A stretch of 64,000 nucleotides of DNA, taken from Rhizophagus irregularis. Taxonomy: Eukaryota. The stretch is taken from NCBI RefSeq assembly GCF_026210795.1, contig NC_089433.1, forward strand, positions 1,736,001 through 1,800,000, written 5' to 3'. A program made the position numbers and the translations under genes. Below the pieces are notes generated by a model. It worked only from the letters and a program-made list of their open reading frames with translations. It was not told the origin of the DNA and did no database searches. Below, piece after piece: positions 1 to 12,228 of the stretch (position 1 is its first letter; every line of letters starts with the position of its first letter).

Positions 1-1853
1 GGCTGCTTGATAGTTTGTGTAGATCGGGCGACTCGTTTAGTTAAATCACAGCAAAGTGCAGGTAATTGTTAGTGAACTAATTTTCGAAATAGACATAAGG
101 TAAACGTATTTGAACCTTATATAAAATAGGAAAGGAGTATGTGTGCGTAATTCGATTTCACGATGCTCTTGAATCTGCCAAGAAGTTTACACAAGGCTTA
201 GAAACACTCACAGGGGCTCTCTTCCAACGACCTCCTTTAATTTCTGCTGTAAAACGTCAATTGCGTATCCGTACCGTTCATGAAACAAAGATGATTGAAT
301 TCGATGAAAATCGACACTTGGGATTGTTTTGGGTAAGCTGCGAAGCAGGAACTTATATCCGAACATTATGTGTGCATCTGGGGTTGATTCTTGGAGTTGG
401 AGCTCATATGGCAGAACTTCGACGCGTTCGTTCTGGTGCATTGTCTGAGAATGTGAGTGTCACATCAAATTTAGTTCTTGTATTTCTTGTTAATAAGATA
501 ATTGATTTACATATTTCCTTTAAATTATAGGATGATATTGTAACAATGCATGATGTTTTGGATGCCAAATGGGTATACAAAAATACAAGAGACGGTAATA
601 AATTTATGACTTCCAACTGTATCCAATTATCCATTTTAATAATTTAATTTAATATTATGTTTCCATTTCTTTATTAGAAACATATCTTCGAAGAGTTATT
701 CGTCCTCTTGAATCTCTTCTCACGACATATAAGAGAATTGTTGTCAAAGATAGTGCCGTCAACGCCATTTGTTATGGTGCTAAACTAATGATACCAGGTC
801 TGCTTCGATATGAGGATGGTATTGAGTTAAATGAAGAGATTGTTCTTATGACTACAAAAGGTGAAGCTATTGCTCTAGGTATAGCATTAATGACCACTGC
901 AGTTATGAGTTCTGTAGATCACGGTATGTATGTTTGTTTATTCGCATATAATTAACATAAAATCAAAATTGAAATCAATATTACTAATTATTATTTTATA
1001 GGAGTTGTCGCAAAAATAAAAAGAGTGATTATGGAGCGTGATACATATCCAAGGGCATGGGGATTAGGGCCCAAGGTTATTGATAGGAACTATATAATTC
1101 ATTCTTGATAAACTTTTGTGGACTTTTAAAATTAATTCAATAACTTGATTAATAGGCTATGGAAAAGAAGAAACTAATTTCCGAAGGAAAATTAGACAAA
1201 TATGGTCGCGTAAATGATAACACCCCTAATTCTTGGAAAACTTCATTTGTAGATCTCAGTGCAGTTGGTACTAAGGGCGATCCCGGTACATCATCATCGG
1301 CCACAGTTCCACCTGCCAATTTAGTTACTGCTGTACCGACTGCACCACCAGTTACATCAGCTCAATCAACGGAAGATCAGGAAGAAGGAACAAGTTTGGC
1401 TAAAAAGGTACTTTTCTTTCTAAAGAAAAAGAAAATATCTCAACAATTATCGTTAACGTTTTTATACAAATGTAGAGGAAAATCGAAGAAGATTCCGATA
1501 TTCCTACAGGAGAGTCAAAATCATCAAAGAAAGAAAAGAAGGCAAAGAAGGTCAAGATTAAAGAGATGTCTACACAAAAGGTAATTTAAAAATTTTTTCA
1601 TATGTTAAGCTTATTTATTTGAAATATTTGCTTATTTGCTTGTACTTCATTACAACAGAAAATGTCAGACGATGAAAAAGTTATTGATGCTGAAGAATCA
1701 TCAAAGGAAAAGCATCTGAAAAAGAAACTTAAGAAAGAAAAAAAGTCTGACGTATCCGAACATGAAACTACAATAACTGTTGAAGGAGAAAAGAAGGAAA
1801 AGAAAAAAAAATCAAAGAAAGATAAAAAAGAAAAGAAATCAAAATCTTCGTAA
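1..1853 (+). CDS. CBF5: H/ACA snoRNP pseudouridine synthase Cbf5/dyskerin, 5'-truncated by window edge, multi-exon
   Basis: Spliced translation includes [55 protein letters not shown]-domain [34 protein letters not shown] and a Lys/Glu-rich KKE tail; stop at 1851-1853. Confidence 0.96.
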
Positions 1854-2012
1854 TTAATAATTATTTTGGGAAATCTTCTAACAGCCGGAATTATATCAGT
1901 CGGCTAAGTCATTATAGGACAAGTCTAGAATATTTAAAAATGATATTTATGCCTTTTTAGATTTACTTTTATTGAAGAAATATTTTTCATTTTAAATTAA
2001 TAAAAGTCGAAC

Positions 2013-2045
2013 CACGTGACTTGGTCAATTATTATTACTGATTGG
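2013..2045. promoter_or_regulatory. E-box CACGTG and reverse CCAAT upstream of SAD1
   Basis: accacgtgac at 2011-2020 and ctgattgg at 2038-2045, about 100 bp before the ATG; function inferred. Confidence 0.35.
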
Positions 2046-2118
2046 TTAAAAGATTAGTGGACAGTTTAAATAGATTTCTCGAAAATAAAAAATTAACGAG
2101 AAATATTTTTTTTTTACA

Positions 2119-4451
2119 ATGTCTAATATGAATAATGATCAAAAAATAGTTCCAAAGCGTGATTTGAGTGATGATGCAGAAGCTATGATCGAAGACAATG
2201 ATGATATAACTCAACCTGATACAAAAAGAATTCGTGTCGGAACTTCGGCTAATAGCTCTAGCGATCTCTACCTAGACACTGTACGTTAACTACTATACAA
2301 ACAAAACAAGTTGTCATATTGCTGCAATATTTCTTCAACTTTTATTATTTTTTTTAGATAAACCGTCATATGTTGGACTTTGATTTCGAAAAGGTCTGCT
2401 CAGTTTCTTTATCAAACTTAAATGTATATGCGTGTTTGGTGTGTGGTAAATACTTCCAAGGTAAAAGTTTGTTAGGATATATATTATTTTGCAGATACAC
2501 AAATTCATGCTAAATTCTTATTGATATATATATAATATATTTCGTATTTATTGTCCTTACTAGGACGAGGACGTCAATCTCACGCGTACTTCCATAGCTT
2601 ACATGAGGATCACCATGTTTTCATTAATTTACATACCCTTAAGGTATGAATTTGATTGAATTAGATATTCAACTTAATATTAATATCAATTGTTAAATCT
2701 CAATAGGTATATGTTTTACCTGATGGATATGAAGTCAAGGATCCATCATTGAATGATATTAGAGTAAGAATTCAACTTTATTTATTTCTTTTTTTATCCG
2801 ACTTTTAATTTAATTTGATTTAATTATAGTATGTACTTCATCCAACCTTTACAAAAGAACAAGTCGCGAATTTGGATCAAAATATAAGACAATCATACGA
2901 TTTAAATAATAAAAAATACTTGCCAGGTAACAGCTGGGTAAATGATTCGGGAGATTTTTTTTTACTTTATGATATTCAATATAGTCTAGATGATCATAAC
3001 ATTGAATTGTCTATGCCATATAGGTTTTGTAGGCCTCAATAATGTAAAAGCTAATGATTATGTTAATGTCATAATACAAGCGCTGGCACACATTCCACCG
3101 CTTCGGGATTACTTCATCTTACAAAATCTCGAAACTAGATCTCAATTAGGTATAATACGATATTGTTAAAGTTGAGATTTTAAATTTTCCAATCTAAATT
3201 CTTTAACGCTTTACACGAAGTGCAAAGATTCAGTACTCTGGTTAGAAAAATTTGGAATCCTAAGGCATTCAAAGGCCAAGTCAGTCCACACGAGTTACTT
3301 CAGGAAATTGTTAACGCAAGTAACAAAAAATTCAAACTTTCTGAACAAAGTGATCCTCTTGAATTTCTGTCTTGGTTTTTGAATACATTACACAAGGATT
3401 TGGGTGGAATCAAGAAACAAAATTCAAGTATGTTGGTTTTTCGTATATTATGATTTGAACGAGTTATCTCTTATTAACGTTATTATATTGTTAATATTAG
3501 GCATAATTCATAGAATATTTCAAGGAGAAGTTAAAGTTGAAGAACAGTCGCTTATTACAAAAGAAAATGCCGATGAAGAAGATCGACTATTATTTGATGT
3601 TGACAGGGGTAAAACTTTTTATTTCGCATTTCATAATAACTTAATTATATATTGTATTTTTTTTGATATAAACATTGTCTTTAAATAGAAATTTCGGTCA
3701 AAAAATTCCCTTTTCTTTTTTTGACATTGGATTTACCTGCGCCTCCTTTATTTAAGGATGAAGTTGAAAAGAATATTATTCCTCAAGTAAGATCACAATA
3801 GTTATATCGTATAACAAAAATAATTATATAATACATCTTTCTTTAGGTTGCCTTGACAACGATACTCGCTAAATATGACGGTCGTGCTGCTCATGAGTCG
3901 GCCGGAACTTTGAAAAGGTTTCAATTGACTCGATTACCAAATTATATCATTTTTCATATCAAACGTTTTACTAAGAACAATTGGTCTGAAGAGAAAAATC
4001 CTACTATTGTCAACTTCCCAATCAAAAATATCGATATGAGCGAATGTAAGATATATTGTTCTTATTGTGAAAAGTTCAACTCAATGTTTCTATATTCACT
4101 TCATTAATTATTTCTCCTAAATGAATTAATATAGATCTTGAAAATCCAGATGAAGAAAAATTTAATACTCATTATGATTTAATTGCGAACATTTGTCACG
4201 AAGGTAAGCCGGGTAAAGGTAATGGAATTTATAAAGTTCATGTTCAACATCGTGGAAAAGATCAATGGTATCAAATCCAAGATTTAATTGTCGAAGAAAT
4301 TAACGCACAAATGATCTTTTTATCCGAAAGTTATATTCAGGTAACATCCAAATTCAACTATATTTTATTCGTACAAGAGATTCTCATCATAAAATCATTC
4401 TACTTTTATCTTTTTTAGATATGGGAAAGAAAACAACAGGACTTATATTAA
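2119..4451 (+). CDS. SAD1: U4/U6.U5 tri-snRNP protein Sad1/USP39 (ZnF-UBP + inactive USP domain), multi-exon
   Basis: YLDTINRHMLDFDFEKVCSVSLSNLNVYACLVCGKYFQGRG, GFVGLNNVKANDYVNVIIQAL (catalytic Cys replaced by Asp), FKGQVSPHELLQ, EKNPTIVNFP, C-terminal SESYIQIWER; GT-AG introns. Confidence 0.95.
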
Positions 4452-4577
4452 AAAAATAAATAAATAAATAAAAATAAAAAATTTTTGTATCAAAGATAGG
4501 TTTATTGATGTCAATAAAGGAATTTTTATCATTTTTATTTTTTATAATTTACTATTCAAAATTGATCCCATGCAAGT

Positions 4578-4630
4578 CACGTGCATCACGTGATTTAACA
4601 ACTAAGCAACATTTGGATTTCCTTATAAAA
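4578..4630 (+). promoter_or_regulatory. Double TCACGTG E-box plus TATA-like box upstream of the BAF60 gene
   Basis: gtcacgtgcatcacgtga (CACGTG at 4578 and 4587), tataaaa at 4624-4630, ATG at 4699. Confidence 0.45.
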
Positions 4631-4698
4631 GCTGCCTCTTCAATTTCAATAAATCATCTCACGCTTTTTTTTATTCTGATCACGGTGAAATTAATAAC

Positions 4699-7320
4699 AT
4701 GAATCATCAAAGAGGTCCACGCCCAGTTGCACCTTCGGGTTATCCTAACCAATATTCAACAAATGCTTTTGTTCTCACACCAGGAGTACATCCTCAGTAC
4801 CAACATCGTCCAGCTTCATTCCCTTACGGACAATCTCAGGTTATTTTCACAACGAAAAAAATAAACTGCGTTAGCTAATATCCGCAGAGTTTGCCCGAGT
4901 TGATATATCAAAGCTGTCAAAGCTCAGCTTTCCCATTTATGGTTTGCACCTGAAGCTCTCGGGTTTATGCTTAGAATATATCAAACTTTGGTGTAACGTA
5001 CTTCTGCGTGCATATCACTATTAACTATGAAAACAAATTCATTTTTTTGAGCCAAGAAATGTTTAATTCCCTTCAATTTTCCTTTTAGTATATTCAACCA
5101 CATGCACAAATGCAAACATCGCAAAGAATAACAATGGCAACCGCAAACCAACAGCATTTAATTCAACAACATGCTGGTCCTTCGGCAGCGACACAGGGGC
5201 CAATGATAATAAGAAAACGCAATCCTGAACCTATGCTGAATAGCGGTATGCAACAAGCGAAGTAAGTTTATCATTGGAAAAATAATTTTTATACGAATTC
5301 GCGTATTTTTCTTTGATTGCTTTATAAAAATTATTAATTTTTCCGATTAAAATAGGAAAAAAAGAGCACTTGACCGAAACATACCGGAGAAAGTATGAAT
5401 TTTTTAATAATTATAGATAATACATATTTATTTTGCTTTTAAAAGCGATCTTATAATAAAGTATTTATGTTTGTTCCCTTATTATAATAGCTTGATACAC
5501 TCGTACCCGAGTCTCTTTTATATACGGAACTTCAAAATTTTGAAAAGAGGCTAGACGCGACAATTATGAGAAAACGCCTTGAAGTACAAGAGACAATTAA
5601 TAAACCAATGAAGGTGATCCATTGTTATTTTATTCTTTGTTTCTAAATGTGATAGAAGTGAGGATTAACTGAAATAACTGAATATAGATTAAACGCACAC
5701 TACGAGTCTTTATCTCCAACACAGCAGTTAATCAAAATCCTCAGAGAGATAGTGAAAGTAATGACATTGGATTTGGAGACACAAATGTTCCAGCTTGGAT
5801 ATTGAAAATTGAGGGAAGACTACTTGATGTAAGTGAAATTTTTTAAATTCTTATTTAATTGTCAAAATTACTGACTAATTTTATTGTTATAAAAATGTCA
5901 AAAACTTAGCCATCAAATTCATCCAAGACTAACAAAATTCCGTCTCGAAAATTTTCTACTTTTTTTATTTCTATTATTGTTGACTTGGATAGAGACCCTG
6001 AAATGTATCCAGATGGAAATACGATTGAGGCAAGGAATCATAATTGGTTATAACCTTTTGGTTTATAGTTAAATTAAATGTCTAATTGATAATTTATAAC
6101 AGTGGAATAAGACCAATAATACTGAAGGAGTTGATGGATTCGAGATTAAGCGAAAGGGAGATACCAATGTTAAATGTAAAATATTTTTAAATTTAGATAA
6201 ACAACCCCCAAGATATAAATTGTCTGAAGACTTGGCATCATTGCTGGGAATAAAAGAAGAAACAAAAACTGGGGTTATTTTGGCATTATGGCAATATATC
6301 AAGGTTATTTGTCTAATTGGTTTGAGCCATCAGCCTATACATGCTCGGCTGGCTGATGGTCTGTCTTGGGTTCAACTTAAAGACCTTTTGAATTCATGAG
6401 ATGAGTAGATTAATTTTTATTTTATTCTTATAGCATCATAATTTACAAGACAATATTGAAGACAAAAGATTCATTAATAATGATGCACGTTTAGAATCAG
6501 TATGTTTAATTTTATTATTATTATTATTATTTTCTTATTCACAATATATTCAATATTAATAAAATTTTCTTCTAGCTTTTTAATTGTCCCCGAATGGCTT
6601 TTCCACAAATACCGGAATTAATTAATATGCATTTACAACCAATTGACCCTATAACCATTGATTATACAATTCGGTATATAAATTTATCTCTTTTTTGAAT
6701 TATAACATTTTAACACCATCAACTTAATGAATTAATTGTTTCCCCAAATTTTAGAGTCGACAAAGAATTTCACCAATCAAGATATGCTTACGACATTGAA
6801 GTTGAAGTTGATGATCCTAACAAGTTGAGACTTCTTTCTGTTTTTAATAATAATGCGAGCCAAAGAGAAGTACAGAATTTGGATGACAAGGTTTGCTTTC
6901 TTAAAATAACTTGTATTTATTTTAATCAAAAAATTGACACGGGTTTATTAAATATTAGATTGTCCAATGTGTACAAAGTATAAATAATTCGAAAACAAAG
7001 CGCGACTTTTTATTAAATTTCGCGAAATCACCCGTTGAATTTATTAATAAATGGGTTGCAAGTCAAAGTCGAGATTTAGAAGTAATTAGATTTATATGTT
7101 TGATTCCTTTTATGATATATAATAAATACTTACATTACCTTATATATAGGTCATATTAGGGGAAAGTCACGTCAATCTTGAAGAACAGAGAAGATCCGAA
7201 TTTTACAAACAAAGTTGGGTCAATGAGGCTGTATTCCATTACGCTACTGCACAGACTCAGAGAAAAATGCATGAATTATTAGGATCAAGTAGCAATATTA
7301 GAAATGATCAGAGAAGATAA
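4699..7320 (+). CDS. SNF12: SWI/SNF and RSC complex subunit, BAF60/SMARCD/Snf12 family with SWIB domain, multi-exon
   Basis: LVPESLLYTELQNFEKRLDATIMRKRLEVQE, KRTLRVFISNT, WILKIEGRLLD, DGFEIKRKGD, ILALWQYIKHHNLQD, KRDFLLNFAKSPVEFINKWVASQSRDL, FYKQSWVNEAV; includes a GC-AG intron at 6030-6102. Confidence 0.93.
4867..5025 (+). other. Predicted multibranch RNA structure inside intron 1 (4840-5088) of the BAF60 gene
   Basis: Nested complementarity read by eye: gcagag/ttctgc, ccgagttgatatat/atatatcaaactttgg, internal hairpins aaagctg/cagcttt, cca/tgg and cctga/tcggg. Confidence 0.45.
6326..6384 (+). other. Tandem hairpins inside intron 6304-6433 of the BAF60 gene
   Basis: gccatcagcc (6326-6335) pairs with ggctgatggt (6351-6360); gtctt (6363-6367) pairs with aagac (6380-6384); GC-rich compared with neighbouring introns. 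Confidence 0.45.
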
Positions 7321-8119
7321 GAAATAGCTATTGTTCAAAAAAAAAAATCCAATTTTATCAAAATATTTTCTGTAATACAATTTGTTTACTGCGGCCATGT
7401 TTATGTTTAATACAAAATCATTCAGAACGTATCACATTACACAAGAAAATTGGAAGAATAAAGAACATAAAAAAAAATGAATGCCAACGTTTAAATCTTA
7501 CTAAAAAAAACCAATATATATGCGAAAGTAAAATAAGGTAATGTACGTAATGTAAAGTAAAATAACAAACCAACATGCTGTGAAACCATCCTAATTAAAC
7601 TTATTATGTTAATGTTTTATTTCCCGCTTTAAATATAAGTAACCTCGCTCTTTTTCGAGTTTACAGTTGCACATTTGGATATTGTTCATTTTATCCAAAG
7701 TTCCACTACAAGAAGTACAAGAAATAATTAAAAATTTCGAATTAATTTTTTATTTATATTTATTTTCTTTTTTTTTCTTTTTTTATTTTCAAACACTCTT
7801 CTTTCTGGTTAACGATTTTTTAAAAAATTCTCTCTTTTTTTTTCATTTTCCTTCTTAGATTTATACTCTCCTTTCCTCCTTACCTCAAAATTGACCCGTT
7901 ATTAATTTAACAATAGACTTTTTCTTTTAATATCATTACGCCTTTGTTAGATAGGTTTAAAACGTTTTGTAACACTTTTTATTAGCTTGACGTATTTTGC
8001 CATCATCAGTCTAACAATAATCCAGTCTGAAGGAAACCTTAATAAAAAAATTATTAAAACGTTATTTCAGTTTTCCCCTCCCAATTTTTGAAAATTATAT
8101 TAAATTTAAATTAATAACC

Positions 8120-8380
8120 ATGTCAATAATTAAAAAGATTAAATCTCAATATGAAATGTGGAAAGTAACGAAATATACTAAACGAAGGTCTACTATGACA
8201 CCAGAATTTGAACAAAAGGATCCCGATTTTTACAAGCAAAACTATGTTAATGGGGTTTATTTAAATTATGCTAGTCCTGATTCACCAACTTCTTCAAAAA
8301 GGGATAGTAGAGGCAGTGTAAAAAGACATAGTAAATCTCAAAAAATCATTAGGTGTAGTGAAACTTATAATTCATGCTGA
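8120..8380 (+). CDS. Small basic protein of unknown function, 86 aa
   Basis: Intronless ORF with good start context (aaccATG) and protein-like composition; possible 3'UTR intron at about 8463-8534. Confidence 0.65.
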   Translation: MSIIKKIKSQYEMWKVTKYTKRRSTMTPEFEQKDPDFYKQNYVNGVYLNYASPDSPTSSKRDSRGSVKRHSKSQKIIRCSETYNSC

Positions 8381-9889
8381 TCAACTAACTTAAAGGCTTC
8401 TACGTGTTAAGAGAGAACAAATCATTTAACCGAAGGGGAATAATGCTTCGTATTGTAATAAGGTAAAAAACGGACACTTTTTTATGTTTATTCTTCAGAA
8501 TCATTAATGAAATATTATTAATATAATTCCTTAGGATCATTTACGATGCGAGCAGAATCCCTTTGTTATCATTTAAATTCATCCATTCCTTTCTTCAAAT
8601 AAAGCAATTCAATTTATTGATCGATATTGCTTTTTATCTCCGTTATTCTTCTTTTAACATATTCTCCTCTCTTTTGGTTTTCCTCTTAGCCTTCTTTTAT
8701 TTAAAGATTTTATGATTTTTATGATTTTCGCCACGAAGTGTTTTTTTTATTTTATTTTATTTTTTTTATTTTAATGTATTTTTATCATGAGCATTTAATT
8801 ACTGCATTTAATTTTCATTTTTCATCGGTTTTAACTGCACAAACTGGGCTATTCATTTTGTTTCTTATCATTTTATTAGTAACAGTATATTCCACTTACT
8901 ATGGAATAAAATTTTATGACGGATTTGGGTTTAGATCATTAAATTAGTGTCATAAAAAAAAATAATTTAACCTTATATAGTTTTGGAGAAAAAGGGTTTT
9001 ATGTATATATTTATACAATATATATTATTAAAGTTATCTAATTCACGAGCTGTTTTTCAAGTTTAACGTTTTTTTAATGTTTCTGATTACTGAACAATAA
9101 ATAATAGTAAATAAATTAAAGGCACATGAATGGAAATAAATAAAAAAATAAACAATGACCTTTTATTATTATTGCGTAATGATAAATCAAGAATCAGAAA
9201 AGCCCTATAGCCCTATACAATCTATATATCCGTAATCTAAAACTTTCTAAGTTAGTCATTCAACTATTGGCATTCGATCCATTTATCTATTGGTCAGCCC
9301 AAGCCATTAATAAATCTAACTTATAACTATATATCATCAAATTTCCTTCCGTCAAATTTTCTCCCATAGAATTCCTTCCATAAATTACAAACGTCCAAAC
9401 CATCACCACCCAGACATCCATTCTACCCTTTCCATTTACAAAGAATAACCTAAAAAAAAAGTAGAAGAACCTCAATTATTGTTACTATTAAAATTTTTGA
9501 AGAAAGAGATAAAATATATACTCATAGTAAAGAAAGATATGTACATAAGAACGTGAAAATTCGTTTCTTATTAGGAGGTTAAAGTTTTTCCTAGACAATC
9601 GAGAAATAACACGTGCTTTTAATAAGGCTACACGATTTACTGTAGATAGAAAACTTACTGGTAAATTCACACTATATATGGTAGTGAAACTGCTAATGTT
9701 TAACTTTATCACTTTCTAACTTGTATCACTTGACTAGATCCGCGATTAAGTAGTAACCCATGTGGGTAATTTAAATTTTTACACAAGTTCGGAAATTTTT
9801 TTTTTCCTTTTTTTAAAATTTATGAAAATTGTATTAATCATTGATATCATAAACATTTGATTCTTTTTAATATAAGAATTTTTAAAAAA

Positions 9890-11056
9890 ATGGATATAGC
9901 ATTAGATTTCACAGATGAATATATTTTTGATGATTTATACGCGCGTTTTTTTCCATTAGTTCAAGCCAATTCCCTCTCTGGCACGAATGGAACACAAATC
10001 CTACATGTATCCTATCTTTCCCGCGATAATATTTATAGACAATTTATTTCATTATTTATTATTACAATGTTTTTTGCATACTTTTTTTATTTTTTCTTTT
10101 CAACTTTATCATATATTTTCGTATTTGATAAAGAATTAATGAAACATCCAAAATTTTTGAAAAATCAAATAGCGAAAGAAATAAAATTATCTGCATTTGG
10201 GTTTCCTATTACTAGTATTGTTACTGTCCCATGGTTTCTCGGTGAAGTTAGAGGTTATTCTGCTTTATATGATGATATTAATCAATATGGATTGTTATAT
10301 GCAGTATTCTCTATATTTGGGTTTTTGTTCTTTACTGATATGTGTATTTATTGGATTCATCGATGGCTGCATCATCCACTCATTTATAAACACCTGCATA
10401 AGGTATTATTTCTTTAAAAATTTTTATTAATATTATTCATAATTAAGTTAATTTAACTTGTACCATTTTTGACGTAAATTTATTTAGGCTCATCATCGTT
10501 GGATCAGTAAGTTTTTATTTTAACGTTTTATTTATTTATTTTTTTTCTGAACGATTTTAAACTAAATTTATTTATTTGCTTTTCAATTATAGTTCCAACA
10601 CCTTTCTCATCTCATGCATTTCATCCATTAGATGGATACCTTCAATCTGTTCCATATCATATTTTCGTCTATTTGTTTCCTTTACATAAATTTCTTTATA
10701 TAAGTTTGTTCATTTTTGTAAATCTTTGGACGATTATGATTCATGATGGTAACGTTTATATATATTTATTTATCTATATACATCTAAAAAAAAATTCTCA
10801 CTCTTTTTTGATTATAGGCGAATTTCTTTCAACAGGAACATTTGTTAATGGTGCGGCTCATCACGTTCTTCATCATTTATATTTTAACTATAACTACGGT
10901 CAATATTTTACTATTTGGGATAAGATTGGTGGAAGCTATAGAAAACCTGGTGTTGAACAATTTGATATTAAGAAAAAGAAAGATCAAAATATTTGGGAAA
11001 AGCAAGCTACAGAAGTTGACTCATTTGATGAAAATGGAAAAGAAAAGAAAGCTTAA
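9890..11056 (+). CDS. ERG3: C-5 sterol desaturase (lathosterol oxidase)
   Basis: His boxes YWIHRWLHHP, HKAHHRW (split across a 19-nt microexon at 10488-10506) and HHVLHH; PTPFSSHAFHPLDG, NLWTIMIHDG, YNYGQYFTIWD. Confidence 0.95.
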
Positions 11057-11500
11057 AATTTTAAAATTTTTCAATTAAAAAAAGGATATAGATTTTTTTT
11101 TTTTTAAATGTTGAATGTTATTTATTATAAAAATTCAAAAATAAATTTCAATACTCTAATTATTATTATTTATTATTATTTTTTTTTATTGAATATATAT
11201 TATACTTTTTTTTATAAAATCATAATATATATCTACCTACCTGTAAACTTTAGTTATCAAATAATATTTATTACCTTTTTATCTTTAGTACTTTTAGATT
11301 TCCAATTCTTGAGCTTAACAACATCAGAACTTCCATAAAAAAAGTCAAACAACCAAAATACATTCTTCTCGATTAAGGAAAAAATTTGTCTCAAAAAAAT
11401 TTTGATTACAAAATATACAAACCATAATATTCATTATATTTTAATTACAAAAGAATTGAATTGATAACCCTTTGATTTCGATTTCTGAATAAAAACATTC

Positions 11501-12163
11501 TTAACGACCACGACCACGACCGCGGGTACCACGTCCACGTCCTCGTCCACGTCCACGTCCAACACCAACAGCTATGTAATTCAAAATAATATTGTTAGTT
11601 TTAATTTTAATATAATCTCATATACCATAACCAAAGAACCATAAAACAATTTCCTTAAAACAAAAAAAGATTTAAAGTAAAAGGGTCCTCAAAAAATAAA
11701 CATACCTTCTTTTTTCTTGGCCTTGGCTTTTGGTGTATCATCAACTAGCAATGTGTCTAATGGAAGTGAATCCGGTAAAATATAATATCTAACGTTATTC
11801 CCTCTAATACTTAAAGAATCTAAATTTACGGGATCTTTGTTTTTTACAGTCATTTTGACTGTTTTAAGATGAGTATTCATACTCATATCAACACCTAATT
11901 AAATAGAATAATTTAAAATTAAGAAAGATTTTTTTTTTAAAAAAAAAAATTGGAATATTATTTTATAAACAAAGAAAATACCAGTAATTGTTCCATGAAC
12001 TATTGTCCCATTTTTTAATTCTATAGTTACAGTTTCATTATTCAGTTTCATTAAAAATCTAATATGAAAAAAAGTAATTTATAGGTTTAAATTAAATAAA
12101 ATAGAAATTTTATATTACTGAGATTTTCTTTTTTTTCTCTCTTTTATTTTATCCTTTATCCAA

Positions 12164-12194
<31 letters not shown>

Positions 12195-12228
12195 AAATAA
12201 TAAAATTTACAAACCTTACGAGTTTCAT
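11501..12228 (-). CDS. SMD1: Small nuclear ribonucleoprotein Sm D1, 4 exons
   Basis: [41 protein letters not shown]...[27 protein letters not shown]-terminal GR repeats. Confidence 0.96.

Noticed and set aside
2927..3023. Possible C/D snoRNA in a SAD1 intron
   Set aside because: No clean RTGATGA and CTGA pair with a terminal stem
7667..9712. Phe/Ile/Leu-rich short ORFs around the 86-aa gene
   Set aside because: Low-complexity translations of T-rich UTR or intergenic DNA
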